From a virus: DNA of 64,000 bases. Within the stretch, counting starts at the first letter, position 1. Each line of letters opens with the position of its first letter. The DNA is taken from the IMG/VR virus record IMGVR_UViG_3300026488_000022, positions 16,615-80,614 of that record; one strand, written 5' to 3'. The position numbers were made by a program, and so were the translations under genes. Positions 46,748 through 57,483 of the stretch are shown here, in pieces. The notes beneath the pieces are model-generated. The model worked only from the letters and a program-made list of their open reading frames with translations, was not told where the DNA came from and searched no databases.

Positions 46748-47423
46748 TTTTATATCCTTTATTCAAATTTATTTTGCAGTTTTTATAGTCAGCTTTTACC
46801 CATTTAGCTCTTGCTTCAGGTGAAGTATCTTTTTGAAATTTACCATCTACTATTTTACCTTTTCTACTGTTAATTTCTTTCCAAGTTTCATATAGAGTGC
46901 ATTTAGGGTCATAACCAAGTTTCATTAACATTCCTATACAAAATACCATAATATCGTTAATACCATCTACAATTTCTTCTTCGCTAATTCCTACATAATC
47001 ATCAAATTTTTTCTTTTCTTCTTCTGATAAATTTAACATAAAGAAATCTTCAACCCATTTTTTTAAAGCAGGACGTCTCTCTTTTGTGATTTTAAACCCA
47101 GCAATTTCAAACATTTCTTCAATTATATTTGTAAATTCGTTTGTCATATTAAATTCTTGCTGGTCTAACAATCTTTCTTTCTGCCACTTTTCGATTTTAT
47201 TTATTACCTTGTTCGGAATATCATCAATGTAAAATAATGTTTGATAACAAATATAAACATAGTGTTTTGTAATTCCAGCAAAATTAAAATCTTCTATATA
47301 CCCTATATTGTTAAATTCTACACTAAAAATTTCGTATTCTTTTTTCACATCAACGACAATTCCATAACCATATCTACAATCCCAAACTCTATCATTTAAT
47401 TTCACATTTTCAAAATAACTCAT
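46737..47423 (-). CDS. MazG-like nucleotide pyrophosphohydrolase with N-terminal SH3-like domain
   Basis: EIVDGINDIMVF...WKEINSRKGKIVDGKFQKD. Confidence 0.65.
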   Translation of the reverse strand: MSYFENVKLNDRVWDCRYGYGIVVDVKKEYEIFSVEFNNIGYIEDFNFAGITKHYVYICYQTLFYIDDIPNKVINKIEKWQKERLLDQQEFNMTNEFTNIIEEMFEIAGFKITKERRPALKKWVEDFFMLNLSEEEKKKFDDYVGISEEEIVDGINDIMVFCIGMLMKLGYDPKCTLYETWKEINSRKGKIVDGKFQKDTSPEARAKWVKADYKNCKINLNKGYKNEN

Positions 47424-47671
47424 TTCAATTCTCCTTTTTGTTTTAAATACATTTTAATTTTTTGATGTTTTTCTTTGATTTGCTTATCCTCTTGTTCTGT
47501 ATAGCACCTTTTAGCTCCATTTTTAAATAAAATGCAAAAACCAAGCCCTAAATCTTTGTATTTAATGCTACCATTTTCATTCCAACCAACAGGAACAGAA
47601 AAGGGTTGTAAGTTTTCAATAAGTCCTATTTCATCTAAATATATTAAATCTTTTCCTATTTGTATTGTCAT
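47420..47671 (-). CDS. Hypothetical protein
   Basis: Coupled ORF. Confidence 0.55.
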   Translation of the reverse strand: MTIQIGKDLIYLDEIGLIENLQPFSVPVGWNENGSIKYKDLGLGFCILFKNGAKRCYTEQEDKQIKEKHQKIKMYLKQKGELK

Positions 47672-47672
47672 T

Positions 47673-48197
47673 TTAACTCCTTTCTAAATGTTCAAAAATT
47701 AGTTGTTGAGGTAAGAGTTTCCAGCAAAACCAGCTTGTATTAAACCAATTACCACTACCCTTTTTAAAACCCATATGCTCTAAAAATTGTACGCGTCTAT
47801 CTAATACAATTACTTCAATTCCCTGTTTTCTAAACATATTACCTCTCTTAATTCCCTCAAAAGTCGTAATAGGAAGTAAAAAAGCAAATGGTTTTCCTAA
47901 TTGGTAAGCTCTTTCTAAAAATTCATCTTTCAAAGAATAAGGCGGGTTTGTCACGATAATATCGTAATCAAAGTCAGGAGTATCTTTTAAAAAATCAAAA
48001 CCTTCTTTTAAATGCGTATTTACAACTTTAAAACCTTTTTCTTTTAAAACTTTTGTTATGTTACTACCGCCAAAATCAGTACATTCCCAAATTATTTTAT
48101 CTTTCGGAATATATTTTAATAAAGGTTTAATTGCGTATTCAGGTGTATAAATTTCATCAAATTTTTTACTTTGTTTTAGTGCTTGTTTAACTGCCAT
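47673..48197 (-). CDS. Small N6-adenine DNA methyltransferase
   Basis: DEIYTP, IWEC, DFL and IVTNPPYS motifs. Confidence 0.8.
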   Translation of the reverse strand: MAVKQALKQSKKFDEIYTPEYAIKPLLKYIPKDKIIWECTDFGGSNITKVLKEKGFKVVNTHLKEGFDFLKDTPDFDYDIIVTNPPYSLKDEFLERAYQLGKPFAFLLPITTFEGIKRGNMFRKQGIEVIVLDRRVQFLEHMGFKKGSGNWFNTSWFCWKLLPQQLIFEHLERS

Positions 48198-48229
48198 TTT
48201 TGATTCTCCTTTGTTTTTGTCGTATTAAC

Positions 48230-48258
48230 ATTATAAAAAATTTTTTATAACTTGTCAA
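48230..48258 (-). promoter_or_regulatory. Consensus sigma70 promoter
   Basis: TTGACA-17-TATAAT upstream of the MTase. Confidence 0.8.
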
Positions 48259-49139
48259 GCTCCTTTAAATATTTTTCAATTTCTTTTTCATTAATATTGT
48301 TTGATAAGGTTATATTTTCTTTGTAATTATAACCCAAGTCAAGCTCTGCTTCTAATTTTACAATAGGCTCTTCATATAAACTATTATTATAATTTCCTAT
48401 CATACATTTAATTAAATTATCATTTACAAATTTAATTATTTTCGGGTTTAATTTTATATATAATAAAATGCTATCGTGAATTGTATTAACAATTTTCACT
48501 TCGTTTATTAAACCTGCCTCTTCAATTTTCTTTTGAAAGCAAACTATCGCATAAAGCGTTAGAATGTTTCCACTTTGAATATTAAAATTAGTTGCCACTC
48601 TTTGTGCTTTTTCTTTTATTTGACTGCTCCAACTTTTAATATCCGGTATTAATAGCCTTAACCCTGAATACCTTGAAATTAAATAACCTTGTTTTTCTGC
48701 TTGTTTAATAATACCATCTTGATATTCTTTTGTAACTTTATATAAAGTCCAATAAGCTTCATATATTTCTTTTCCAACTAAATGCTCACTTGCACCATAA
48801 CTCATACCAAAAGTATAAGATTTCCCTTTTTGTCTAATTTCAGGATATTTTTTCTTAATAGAGTTTATTACATTAATTCTATATGTTTCTCTATCAATTT
48901 CCTTTTTATTTTTATAGTTAGCTGGTAATAAACTTTCACTAAAATAATCAATTTCTTCATTTTCTAATTTAACCTCATAAAATTTTGTATCAACTTCAAG
49001 TTTTTCTAATTTTTCTTTAATATCAGGCATTTCATCAGAAAAATAGTAAAAGGCATTCTGGCAATGACCCCCCACCCCTTTTAAAAATACATCTAATTTA
49101 GCAGGGTCTTTACTTGCATTTGCTATTAATCTATCTTCG
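48245..49139 (-). CDS. polA: Family A DNA polymerase, exon 2
   Basis: (L)EDRL end of motif A, RQKGKSYTFGMSYG motif B, NFNIQS, IHDS motif C. Confidence 0.92.
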
Positions 49140-49427
49140 CTTACCGTTACGCAGGACGCCACTCCTGCTCCACCCTTTCGGGTGGTGTCGGACTATATCA
49201 TCTCCCACAGCATTACCTGTTTGGGAGGCGGGTGTTTCGACAGGTCAGTCGCTTACCTGCCTACTCTACTCGGTGGCTTTAAAAGCCCCTTTCGATAGTC
49301 TCTGCACCTTCCTATTCTCAAATAGAATAGGCTTGGCTCAGGATTGCCCTCAGCATTACCTGTTAGGGTTTCCCTGAATTAACCCGCTTTTCTATCAGAG
49401 TTTCCTCTGATAGCCCCCGTTCTATTA
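49140..49427 (-). mobile_element. Group I self-splicing intron (288 nt, no ORF) in polA
   Basis: Removal restores DYSAL|EDR. The 5' exon ends in U pairing with the IGS (agcccu/gggggcu) and the intron ends in G. P AAUUCAGGGAAAC, Q AAUCCUGAGC, R GUGCAGAGACUAU, S GAUAUAGUCC. Confidence 0.93.
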
Positions 49428-51220
49428 AGGGCTGAATAATCACTTGCACCAAGCAAAAATCCGTCAGGTGCTATAAATAATTTTTTAATTTCTTTTCCAT
49501 ATTTACTACCGCTTGGGATTGTTTGCATATTAATAACCCCGCTACTGCTTAACCTTCCGCTAATTGTCCCACTTTGATTAAAATTAGCAAAAATTCTATA
49601 ATCATTAGGTGCAACTTCGACATACCCTTCAATCATATTTTTTAAATAAGCGGTTTTTATTTTTTCACTTGCCTGATATTCACTTATTAGGTTTAATACT
49701 TCTAATTTCTCTTTATCTGTAATTGTTTTTTTCCATTCTTCTAAAACATCATTACTAGTAGAAGGCTCTCCTGCTTTTGTAGTTTCAATAACAGGTAAAT
49801 CCATAATTTCAAAAAACAAAATTTTCTTTTGTTGGCTACTACTTGGATTAAAAGGTTTTAAAAATTCTTCCCAATTTTCTTTTTTATTTTTATGTGTTTT
49901 ATTATATTTCTCTCTTGCTTGTAATGCTAAAATTTTTTCAGTAGCTTTAACATAAATATTTTCTCTTAATTTTGCTAAATCTCTATCAACTATTTCTTCC
50001 ATTTCTTTATAAAAAGCTTTTGTTTTTTCTAAATCAATTCTCATACCATTCATTTTCATTTTATTAAGAGCAAAGCCAATATCTCTAAACTTTCTATAAG
50101 TTTCTATAAAACCTTCTTGCTTTAACTCTTTCCATAAATCTCTAAAAATTTTATAGTTTGCCACAACGTCAATATTATTATATGTGGCAACTTTTTCAAA
50201 ATCGTACTCAATCAGTTTGCTTTGGTCAATTTCTTTATCCCAATCTCCGAAATATTTAAAAGCCAACTGTTTTAGACTTAAACTTTTTCTTTCAGTGGAA
50301 TTATAAAGCAAATAAGCCATAAGCAAAGTGTCGTCAATTTTAAATTGATTTATTAAAGGCTCTTGATTAACTTGAAAATTAAAATCTCTCATAATTTCGT
50401 GAATTAAAAAAGTTAAGTCAAAGCCTAAAAAGTTATGTCCTATAATTACACCTTCATAATTTTCAAAAAACTCTTTTAAATATTGTTTAATTAACTGATA
50501 ATTTTCTTTACTATGGTATTGAGGGTGAATTGCAATACAAGCAGGGTTTTTATCATCTTTTGTAAAGCTGATTGTGAGAAGTCGATTTTTATACCATTCA
50601 AGCCCTGTTGTTTCAATATCGCATACAACTGCTTTTGCCTTTAAAAGTTCATTTAAATATTGTTTTGTTTCATCTGGTTGTTTTAAAAAAGAATGATTAA
50701 TTTCAATATTCTCAAATTTATCTTTATATTCACCTTTTACAAAAACTTTATAAGTTTCAAAACTTAATTGAAGTTCTTTAGTCCTATTAGGGTATCTTTC
50801 AACAATAATAGGATTTAAAAAAGGTATAACATTTATTTGAGATAAGTTAAAAATCTCTTTGTTTTTTCCACTTCCAAACGTAAATTCAGCACCTTTAATA
50901 ACTCTACCAAGATTATTACTGAAATTTTTATCTTTTGTAATTTCCTGATAAGTATCTGAATGTCCAATTAACCAAACATCTATACCCATAATTTGTGAAT
51001 ATTCAAAAACTTCATTTATGACTTCTTTTAAAACTGCTTTTTTAATTCTCCCTTTTTTAGGAACAGGTATTGATACAAAAGCAAAATCTCTTACATTTAA
51101 ATTAAAAGGTTGTAAGAGTTGTTTATGTAAAAAACCATAATTTTCTTTAAAGCAAATATTATCTGGTAACCAAATAATTGCTTTTGGGTTTGCATTGTTA
51201 TAGGTAAATAAATAAGCCAT
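49428..51220 (-). CDS. polA: Family A DNA polymerase, exon 1 (3'-5' exonuclease + polymerase N-part)
   Basis: CDIETTGL, GHN, YNNID exonuclease motifs. GTISGRLSS..NMQTIP and ASDYSAL. Confidence 0.93.
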
Positions 51221-51251
51221 TTTCTCTCCTTTGGTTTAATTTAGCAATAAT

Positions 51252-51280
51252 ATTATAAAGATTTTTTTACAAAAAAGCAA
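51252..51280 (-). promoter_or_regulatory. Sigma70-type promoter for polA
   Basis: TTGCTT-17-TATAAT. Confidence 0.6.
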
Positions 51281-51285
51281 GAGAA

Positions 51286-52641
51286 TTAGAAAGATTTAAA
51301 AGAATTTATCCATTTTTGATAAGAAGTATATAAAATAGTATCTTTATGAGAGATTTTTAACTTTTGTGACCATTCTTTTTGTAACCTACAACGTCTTTCG
51401 CCTTTTTCTAAAAAACAAAAAGTAAAAAACAAAGGCTCTTTTTTATTTTTATGTTCTCTTCTTAACCTGCCTATCGTTTGTTCATAAGTTTCTTTTGTAT
51501 GTGTTGCCAAATTGATAATAGTATCCATTCTATAAATACTGACACCTTTTTGTAAAATAGTTCCTCCTATTAATACTCTTAATTTTTCATTCTCAAAATC
51601 CTCTAAATATTTTTTTCTTTCCTTACTTGTAGTAGCCCGATTAATAATTTCAGCTCTTATACCTTTTTTAGCTAACAAATTCTTTAAATTTTCTTGATTT
51701 TCATTGTAAATAGAATACAAAAATACACTTCTACCTTTTTTTAACAAAAATTCAACAAAATTAATAATATCATCAAGCAAAAGTTTTGAATTATAAAGTC
51801 TTTGCCAAGCTTTTTGAGCCTCATATTTTCCACTATAAAAAATAGGCAAAGAGTGTTGAATTATTATATGTTTAACAGGTTTAATATCAGGATTGCCTCC
51901 TATGACCAAATTACTAAAATGGTCATAAATAGCCTCTGTAAGCCCATCTGAACGTGTTGGTGTAGCACTTAATCCTAATCTATATTTAGCATTAAAAGAA
52001 AGCATTGTTTTTGTTAAAGCCCCCACCGAAATTAAATGACATTCATCAACTATAATAAACCCTACTTCTTTGTTTAATCTATTAACTACATCTTTATTTA
52101 GATTTAAAAATTGAAGGGTTGAAATATAAATATCTCCTTCTTTAAATTTATTTTTATTATTTAATAAAACCACTTTAGCATTTGAATTTTGTGTAAATTC
52201 TTCATAAGTTTGCTCTGCTAAAGAAGTTTTATCTACTAAAAACAAAGTTTTAATACTTAATTGTTTTATTAAATAAATAGAACTATAAGTTTTACCTGAC
52301 CCTGCTGGCGCTCTATAAAGGCAAGAACTTTCCGGAGAATTTAAAAGTAGTTTTAAAATTTTTTTAGTATCTTTTATTTGATAATCTCTTAAATTAAAAT
52401 TCTTTAATTCAATATTAATTTTTTTGCCTTTTTGTCTTTCATCTATTAATTTATTAATATCTCCTTTATAACTATTAATAAATTTTTCATATTTTCTTGG
52501 AACTAACAAGCCTTCTTTTGTAGGAATAATAGTAGCTACCTTTTCTTCTTTTCTAACATCATAATAAACATATTTTTTAATATTTAAAAATTTCAGGTTA
52601 TCTTTTGAAATTAGATAACCTGCTTTTAATTTTATTGACAT
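51286..52641 (-). CDS. SF2 DExH helicase (T5 D10/UvsW-like)
   Basis: LRDYQ, APAGSGKT, DECH, SATP, QTIGRLRR. Confidence 0.92.
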   Translation of the reverse strand: MSIKLKAGYLISKDNLKFLNIKKYVYYDVRKEEKVATIIPTKEGLLVPRKYEKFINSYKGDINKLIDERQKGKKINIELKNFNLRDYQIKDTKKILKLLLNSPESSCLYRAPAGSGKTYSSIYLIKQLSIKTLFLVDKTSLAEQTYEEFTQNSNAKVVLLNNKNKFKEGDIYISTLQFLNLNKDVVNRLNKEVGFIIVDECHLISVGALTKTMLSFNAKYRLGLSATPTRSDGLTEAIYDHFSNLVIGGNPDIKPVKHIIIQHSLPIFYSGKYEAQKAWQRLYNSKLLLDDIINFVEFLLKKGRSVFLYSIYNENQENLKNLLAKKGIRAEIINRATTSKERKKYLEDFENEKLRVLIGGTILQKGVSIYRMDTIINLATHTKETYEQTIGRLRREHKNKKEPLFFTFCFLEKGERRCRLQKEWSQKLKISHKDTILYTSYQKWINSFKSF

Positions 52642-52946
52642 TAAATTAATTTAAAAAATGGCGTTAGTTTGTCGAAAAGGTAAGCTCCTATCCTATATTT
52701 TCCACTATCTAATTTCTCAATAAATTCATCATACGCTTTTAACATATGATAAACTCTTTGTTTTGAACTATTTGTGTTCTTAGCAATATCTGCTATTGTA
52801 AAATAACCTTTTTCTTGCTGTATTCTTGCTCCTACTAATAAAAACAATAAATTTCTAACTGTTATATTATTAAATTCATTTTTTGACAAATTATTTAAAT
52901 TTTCTAAAAAAAAATTCATTTTCTTCTCCTTTAATTTTTTCTTCAT
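52641..52946 (-). CDS. Winged-HTH DNA-binding protein
   Basis: FTIADIAKNTNSSKQRVYHML..GKYRIG. Confidence 0.6.
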   Translation of the reverse strand: MKKKLKEKKMNFFLENLNNLSKNEFNNITVRNLLFLLVGARIQQEKGYFTIADIAKNTNSSKQRVYHMLKAYDEFIEKLDSGKYRIGAYLFDKLTPFFKLI

Positions 52947-53389
52947 TATAACATATTTTTTACTTTAAATCCATATGTTCTTTCTAATTCACTACTTGAA
53001 ACACCACTTAAAATAAGTTTTTTATCAACTTTTAAGACTCTTGAATACAAACTTTTTAAGATTTGACCGCTATATGCTTTATTATTTGCAAGTTCTGCAC
53101 CAATATTATAAATAATATTAAATTCTTTTAAATTCAAATCATTAATACTTATTTCATTTTTTAAAATATCAGATTGTAACTCAGAAAAATCAAAACCTTG
53201 TACTTCACCATAAAAATTTTCAAATAAATATTTAACAATTTTTTCGATATCTTGATTAATAATTAAAATATTATTTTTAAATTTTAGTTTATTTTCAATT
53301 TTAATTAAATCAATCTCTGTTAATTCAATTTTTGCCCAACTTTTTGGAAAACCATAATAAAAATAAACAAGTTCGATTTTTTTATTCAT
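52946..53389 (-). CDS. Hypothetical protein, possible degenerate DnaC/IstB-like loader fragment
   Basis: IIYNIGAE...IL...R....LILS...EL...YG pattern, no Walker A. Confidence 0.35.
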   Translation of the reverse strand: MNKKIELVYFYYGFPKSWAKIELTEIDLIKIENKLKFKNNILIINQDIEKIVKYLFENFYGEVQGFDFSELQSDILKNEISINDLNLKEFNIIYNIGAELANNKAYSGQILKSLYSRVLKVDKKLILSGVSSSELERTYGFKVKNML

Positions 53390-53957
53390 ATTTATGCCTT
53401 TTGATTATTTCCGAAATAATTTTAGAACACTCTATAATGAAATCCTCCATTTTTTCATTTTTTATAATATAATCAAAAGGCAAATTCTCCCAATCTTTTT
53501 CACTAATATGCTTATCTTCATTTTGTAAAACCCTTTTTATTTTAATAGCATAATATTCATAATCAGGATAATCATTTAATAAACTCATATACTCGTTTTT
53601 AAAACGCAAGTCTGGAATAACAACAATATCATAATTGCTTTTATTAATTTCTTCTTTTATATAATTTACAAAAATATCCTCTCCAAAGACTTCTCTTAAA
53701 CTCATACCTGTGTCTTGTAACAACTCACGCATTGTTTTATTCCCAACTACTTTAAAATCTTTATTTTTCTGTTCTTCTATTGTTTCAAGAGAAAAACCCC
53801 ATTGTTTAGAAATAAACATTTTTAAAGGGTAGGCAAAAGAAAATTTTTTTATTTTTAATAATGGATAATTTTCTAAAATATAATTCATCATAATATTTGC
53901 ACAAGTATCTTTTCCCACACCTTTTTTACCGCTAATACTAATAATTATTTTTGGCAT
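53382..53957 (-). CDS. Deoxynucleoside monophosphate kinase
   Basis: ISGKKGVGKDT, SFAYPLK, RELLQDTG, DLRFKNE, HISE. Confidence 0.9.
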   Translation of the reverse strand: MPKIIISISGKKGVGKDTCANIMMNYILENYPLLKIKKFSFAYPLKMFISKQWGFSLETIEEQKNKDFKVVGNKTMRELLQDTGMSLREVFGEDIFVNYIKEEINKSNYDIVVIPDLRFKNEYMSLLNDYPDYEYYAIKIKRVLQNEDKHISEKDWENLPFDYIIKNEKMEDFIIECSKIISEIIKRHKYE

Positions 53958-55744
53958 TATAACTCCTTAATAATCTTATTATATAAATTAGATTGAAACA
54001 TTTTTATACTATCTAACATTGCAACTGCTATTTTTCTTATTTCTTCTTGTGCGTCTTTTTTTAATCTTAAATTAAAGAAATTTACTAAATTATCTTTATC
54101 CATCTGCACCCAAAATGTTGTATAAGCCCCCACGGGCTGAACTGCCCTTGCTTGTTCTGGTTTTAAACCTATTTCTAATGCTTTTTCATAAATAGTAGTT
54201 ATATAATCATAAGTATCTTCAAACATTCTCTCAATATTTTGTTTATCACCGTAGTCTAAAGAATTATAATTTTCTATTTCAGGCATATAAAACTCAAAAG
54301 GCACTTTATTATTTTTTACGTATCTACGTGAATTATGAACAACAATACCGTTTGCTACATAATTATGGTCTTTGTGTTCTACTTCTAAATCATAAGTTTC
54401 CTCTTCTCCAACAAACTTTATGCTTTCTATTATTCCAAATTTAATTGTTCTTTTAGCAGTAGATACTTCTTTTTTTGTTTTTTCTCTATGACAATTTTTG
54501 CACAGGACTTGTATATTTTCATAATCAAAAGCCAATTCAGGATATTGATTAACAGGTTTTATATGGTCAAGCTCAAGCTCGTTTTTAGCACCACAATAAG
54601 CACATTTATAATTATATTTTTCTAATACTTTTTTCCTTCTAAATTCAGCATACCAATAATTAGCAACTCTGTTTCTAAAACCTCCTTTTGTTTCCAAATA
54701 ATCTTTTACTAATTTTTCAGATATTTTTTTTCTAACTTCTGGTGGATGTTTCATACCATAGGCATGACTTTGTTCTCCTTTAAGCCCTTTATTCCAAACT
54801 TTTCTACATTTTAATGCTTCAAGAGGGGTATAAGTAATACCGTGTTTTCTTAACCAAACTCTAACTGTATTATAGTTTAAACCTTCGATTTTAACCCAAT
54901 CTTTCAGTGAAATACCTCTTTCAGTATAATAATTCTTTTTATTTAATAGCCATTCTTTATTTCTGTATAAAGGTTGTCCATTTACAGCTATAAAATCCCC
55001 TTCTTTTAAGTTTTTAAGTCTAACCCAGCCATTTTTTGTTAAAAATTTATGCTCAAGAGAAGTTTTAATTTTATATCTTTTTTGATTTACTTGTACAGTT
55101 ACCTCAAATATTTTTTTAGTTCCTGTTTTAAAAACTTCTTTTATTGGCGTATAAAAGAATTCTTTTGTTTCAAAATTATAAGACTTAACTCTTGGCAAAC
55201 GACCATCAGTTCCTTTTTTATATTGCTGTTCATATAAATCCTTTATTTTTCTTTTTCCTTTTGAAGTATGTATAAGAGTGTCCCCAGATACACATAATTC
55301 TAAATAGGAGGCTCCCCTGTGACGCATAAATTGTCTTGCAACAAAAATAGGACATTTAATTTTAAATGTAGCAACCTCACTTGCGTGGTCAAGCATTAAT
55401 TGTGTTAAAATTTCTTCATTTCCTTCAGCAATTTGTTCAAACGTAGGCAAATTTTCGTGTCTTAAACTCTCTCTTATCCTATCACTAAAATAAGCAGGAG
55501 TAATAAATTCAAACACACTCTCGTGTTTTAATTTTTGTAGTCTTTTATATAATTTAGCAGGGTCTTTTGCCGTTTCATTACCATAACTCGAAGTTGCTAT
55601 TGTAGCAACCATTTCTTCTCTACTTTCTTGATTGAGATTACCAACCCAACCACTCCACAACTCAACAAAACCATTTTCCCATTTTGTACCAATATTATAT
55701 ATAGGTTTTACAAAAGAAACCATTTTAAAACATTTATTTTCCAT
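53957..55744 (-). CDS. thyX: Flavin-dependent thymidylate synthase containing an intein
   Basis: HESVFE, PIFVARQFMRHR..SYLEL|SRRYV, PEQAR, AQEEIR. Confidence 0.93.
   Translation of the reverse strand: MENKCFKMVSFVKPIYNIGTKWENGFVELWSGWVGNLNQESREEMVATIATSSYGNETAKDPAKLYKRLQKLKHESVFEFITPAYFSDRIRESLRHENLPTFEQIAEGNEEILTQLMLDHASEVATFKIKCPIFVARQFMRHRGASYLELCVSGDTLIHTSKGKRKIKDLYEQQYKKGTDGRLPRVKSYNFETKEFFYTPIKEVFKTGTKKIFEVTVQVNQKRYKIKTSLEHKFLTKNGWVRLKNLKEGDFIAVNGQPLYRNKEWLLNKKNYYTERGISLKDWVKIEGLNYNTVRVWLRKHGITYTPLEALKCRKVWNKGLKGEQSHAYGMKHPPEVRKKISEKLVKDYLETKGGFRNRVANYWYAEFRRKKVLEKYNYKCAYCGAKNELELDHIKPVNQYPELAFDYENIQVLCKNCHREKTKKEVSTAKRTIKFGIIESIKFVGEEETYDLEVEHKDHNYVANGIVVHNSRRYVKNNKVPFEFYMPEIENYNSLDYGDKQNIERMFEDTYDYITTIYEKALEIGLKPEQARAVQPVGAYTTFWVQMDKDNLVNFFNLRLKKDAQEEIRKIAVAMLDSIKMFQSNLYNKIIKEL
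54332..55294 (-). mobile_element. Intein (321 aa) with HNH homing endonuclease
   Basis: Starts CVSGDT, block B TSLEHKFLT, ends TYDLEV..HNYVANGIVVHN|S. Internal CAYCG..LELDHIKP..NIQVLCKNCH. Confidence 0.93.
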
Positions 55745-55988
55745 TTGTTTTTCCTTTCAAAAATTTTAATAAGTCTTTTTTAAGTTTTTCTTTTGTAGGC
55801 TCTTTTCTAATTTTTTTAACCATTTTACTGCTTGTATGATACCTCAAAATAGAGCTTTTAGGCATCTGCAAATCTTTTACTAAACCTTCTGGAATAATTA
55901 AATCATAATAATAAACTCTTTTTTCTTCAGGTACATATAGAATTGTTCCTTTTAAATTCTTATAAGTAGTTTCAACTAACATAATCAA
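55734..55988 (-). CDS. Hypothetical protein
   Basis: Coupled ORF. Confidence 0.55.
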   Translation of the reverse strand: MIMLVETTYKNLKGTILYVPEEKRVYYYDLIIPEGLVKDLQMPKSSILRYHTSSKMVKKIRKEPTKEKLKKDLLKFLKGKTNGK

Positions 55989-56224
55989 ACTCCTTTTATT
56001 TTTTTATAAATTTCAACAAAAGCAACTTTAGCATTTAACATATTTTTATATTTTCCAACTACAACAATATTTTTATTATACTCTTTAATTATAGCATAGT
56101 TTCCTCCTATTTCTGTAATTAAATACTTCTCCATTTCTTTGCTTTTTAGGGCCTCTACATATTTTTTATTAATATATTTCTTATTTAATTTTTCTTTTTT
56201 AAAAAATTTAACTAAATTAAACAT
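55985..56224 (-). CDS. Hypothetical protein
   Basis: Coupled ORF with RBS. Confidence 0.55.
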   Translation of the reverse strand: MFNLVKFFKKEKLNKKYINKKYVEALKSKEMEKYLITEIGGNYAIIKEYNKNIVVVGKYKNMLNAKVAFVEIYKKIKGV

Positions 56225-56235
56225 TAACCACTCCT

Positions 56236-57483
56236 TTATAAAATTATTCCTGTGTCATCAAAACGCATATAATGAAAATTTGTTTCAGCAACATAAACAT
56301 TTTTTTGAGCATTTCTTGCTTTTATTGTAAAAATTCTTGCAACTTTATTATCAAAATCATCTTTATTTTGATAAATAAACAACAACACAGTAGCACTAAA
56401 TTCAAGTTCTCTACTCCCTCTTGTTGTAATTGAAATTCTATTATCTTTTTCTTTTACATCAGTTAAATTAACTTGTGTCGGAGCTATTATTACAATACCA
56501 AGCTCTCTTGTTAATCTATGCAACCTTTTAACAAAACTGCTCAAACTTTTCCATTCTTCTTTTGATGTGGGCATTTCTACTAAATTAAGATAATCAATAC
56601 CAAAAACTTTAAAACCTTCTTTTGCTCTAATTCTAATTTCTCTTTCTAATTCATAAACATCATAAGGCTGGTCATTTACAAAAAATTTATTTTCTCTATC
56701 AAAAAATTCTTTTTTCCATTGTTTAATTTTTTCAACATAAGCAGGGTTTCCATAAACCTCTTTAAAATATTCTCGATTTTCACAACAATACATTCTCGCT
56801 ATTGTTTCATCATTACCAAGCTCTAGATTAAATAAACAAACATTTTCGCCTTGTTTATAAGAATATAATAATTGCTGAAGAGTAAAAATGGATTTACCTC
56901 CTCCTGATAAACCACCAATAATTGAAAGACCACCAAACATTAAATTTTTATCTTTCATTGATTTTATAAAAGGCTCAATTAATTTAATATTAACAGGATT
57001 ATAATCTGCGTCTTTTACATCTGTTGTCAATTTTGTGACAACTGAAAGCTCTTCCTCAATTTTTTTAATTAAATTAACAGCAGTCTTATCTTTTTCTTTT
57101 AATTTATAAACCAATGTTTCAATATATTTATCAATAACATTTAATTGATAACTTTCAATTAAAATTTCTAACAAACCATTTTTATCGATATCATTAACAT
57201 CTATATCTTCAAAACTTTCTAACAAACTAATATAATTTAATTCATCTTTTTCTTTAACTTTTAATTTTATATAATCTTTTAATAAACTAAAAGAAGGTAA
57301 AAAACCCTTTTCTTTTTCAAAACTATCAATAAAAAAGTATATATCTTTTAATCGTGTTATAAACATATCTGGCTTTAATCTACGAAAAAAAGATAAATCC
57401 TTTTTTTTCAAAACATAGGCTAATGCTATTCTTTGTGTTGTATTAGTATTAATCATATTGTAACCTTTCAACTTTAACACCAT
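56236..57483 (-). CDS. DnaB-like replicative helicase
   Basis: GGLSGGGKS, FNLEL, IDYLNL, PTQVN, RGSRELE, KARN. The true start is probably MINTN. Confidence 0.88.
   Translation of the reverse strand: MVLKLKGYNMINTNTTQRIALAYVLKKKDLSFFRRLKPDMFITRLKDIYFFIDSFEKEKGFLPSFSLLKDYIKLKVKEKDELNYISLLESFEDIDVNDIDKNGLLEILIESYQLNVIDKYIETLVYKLKEKDKTAVNLIKKIEEELSVVTKLTTDVKDADYNPVNIKLIEPFIKSMKDKNLMFGGLSIIGGLSGGGKSIFTLQQLLYSYKQGENVCLFNLELGNDETIARMYCCENREYFKEVYGNPAYVEKIKQWKKEFFDRENKFFVNDQPYDVYELEREIRIRAKEGFKVFGIDYLNLVEMPTSKEEWKSLSSFVKRLHRLTRELGIVIIAPTQVNLTDVKEKDNRISITTRGSRELEFSATVLLFIYQNKDDFDNKVARIFTIKARNAQKNVYVAETNFHYMRFDDTGIIL

Noticed and set aside
49114-49377. 87 aa plus-strand ORF inside the polA gap
   Set aside because: Antisense to the group I intron core, with no endonuclease motif.
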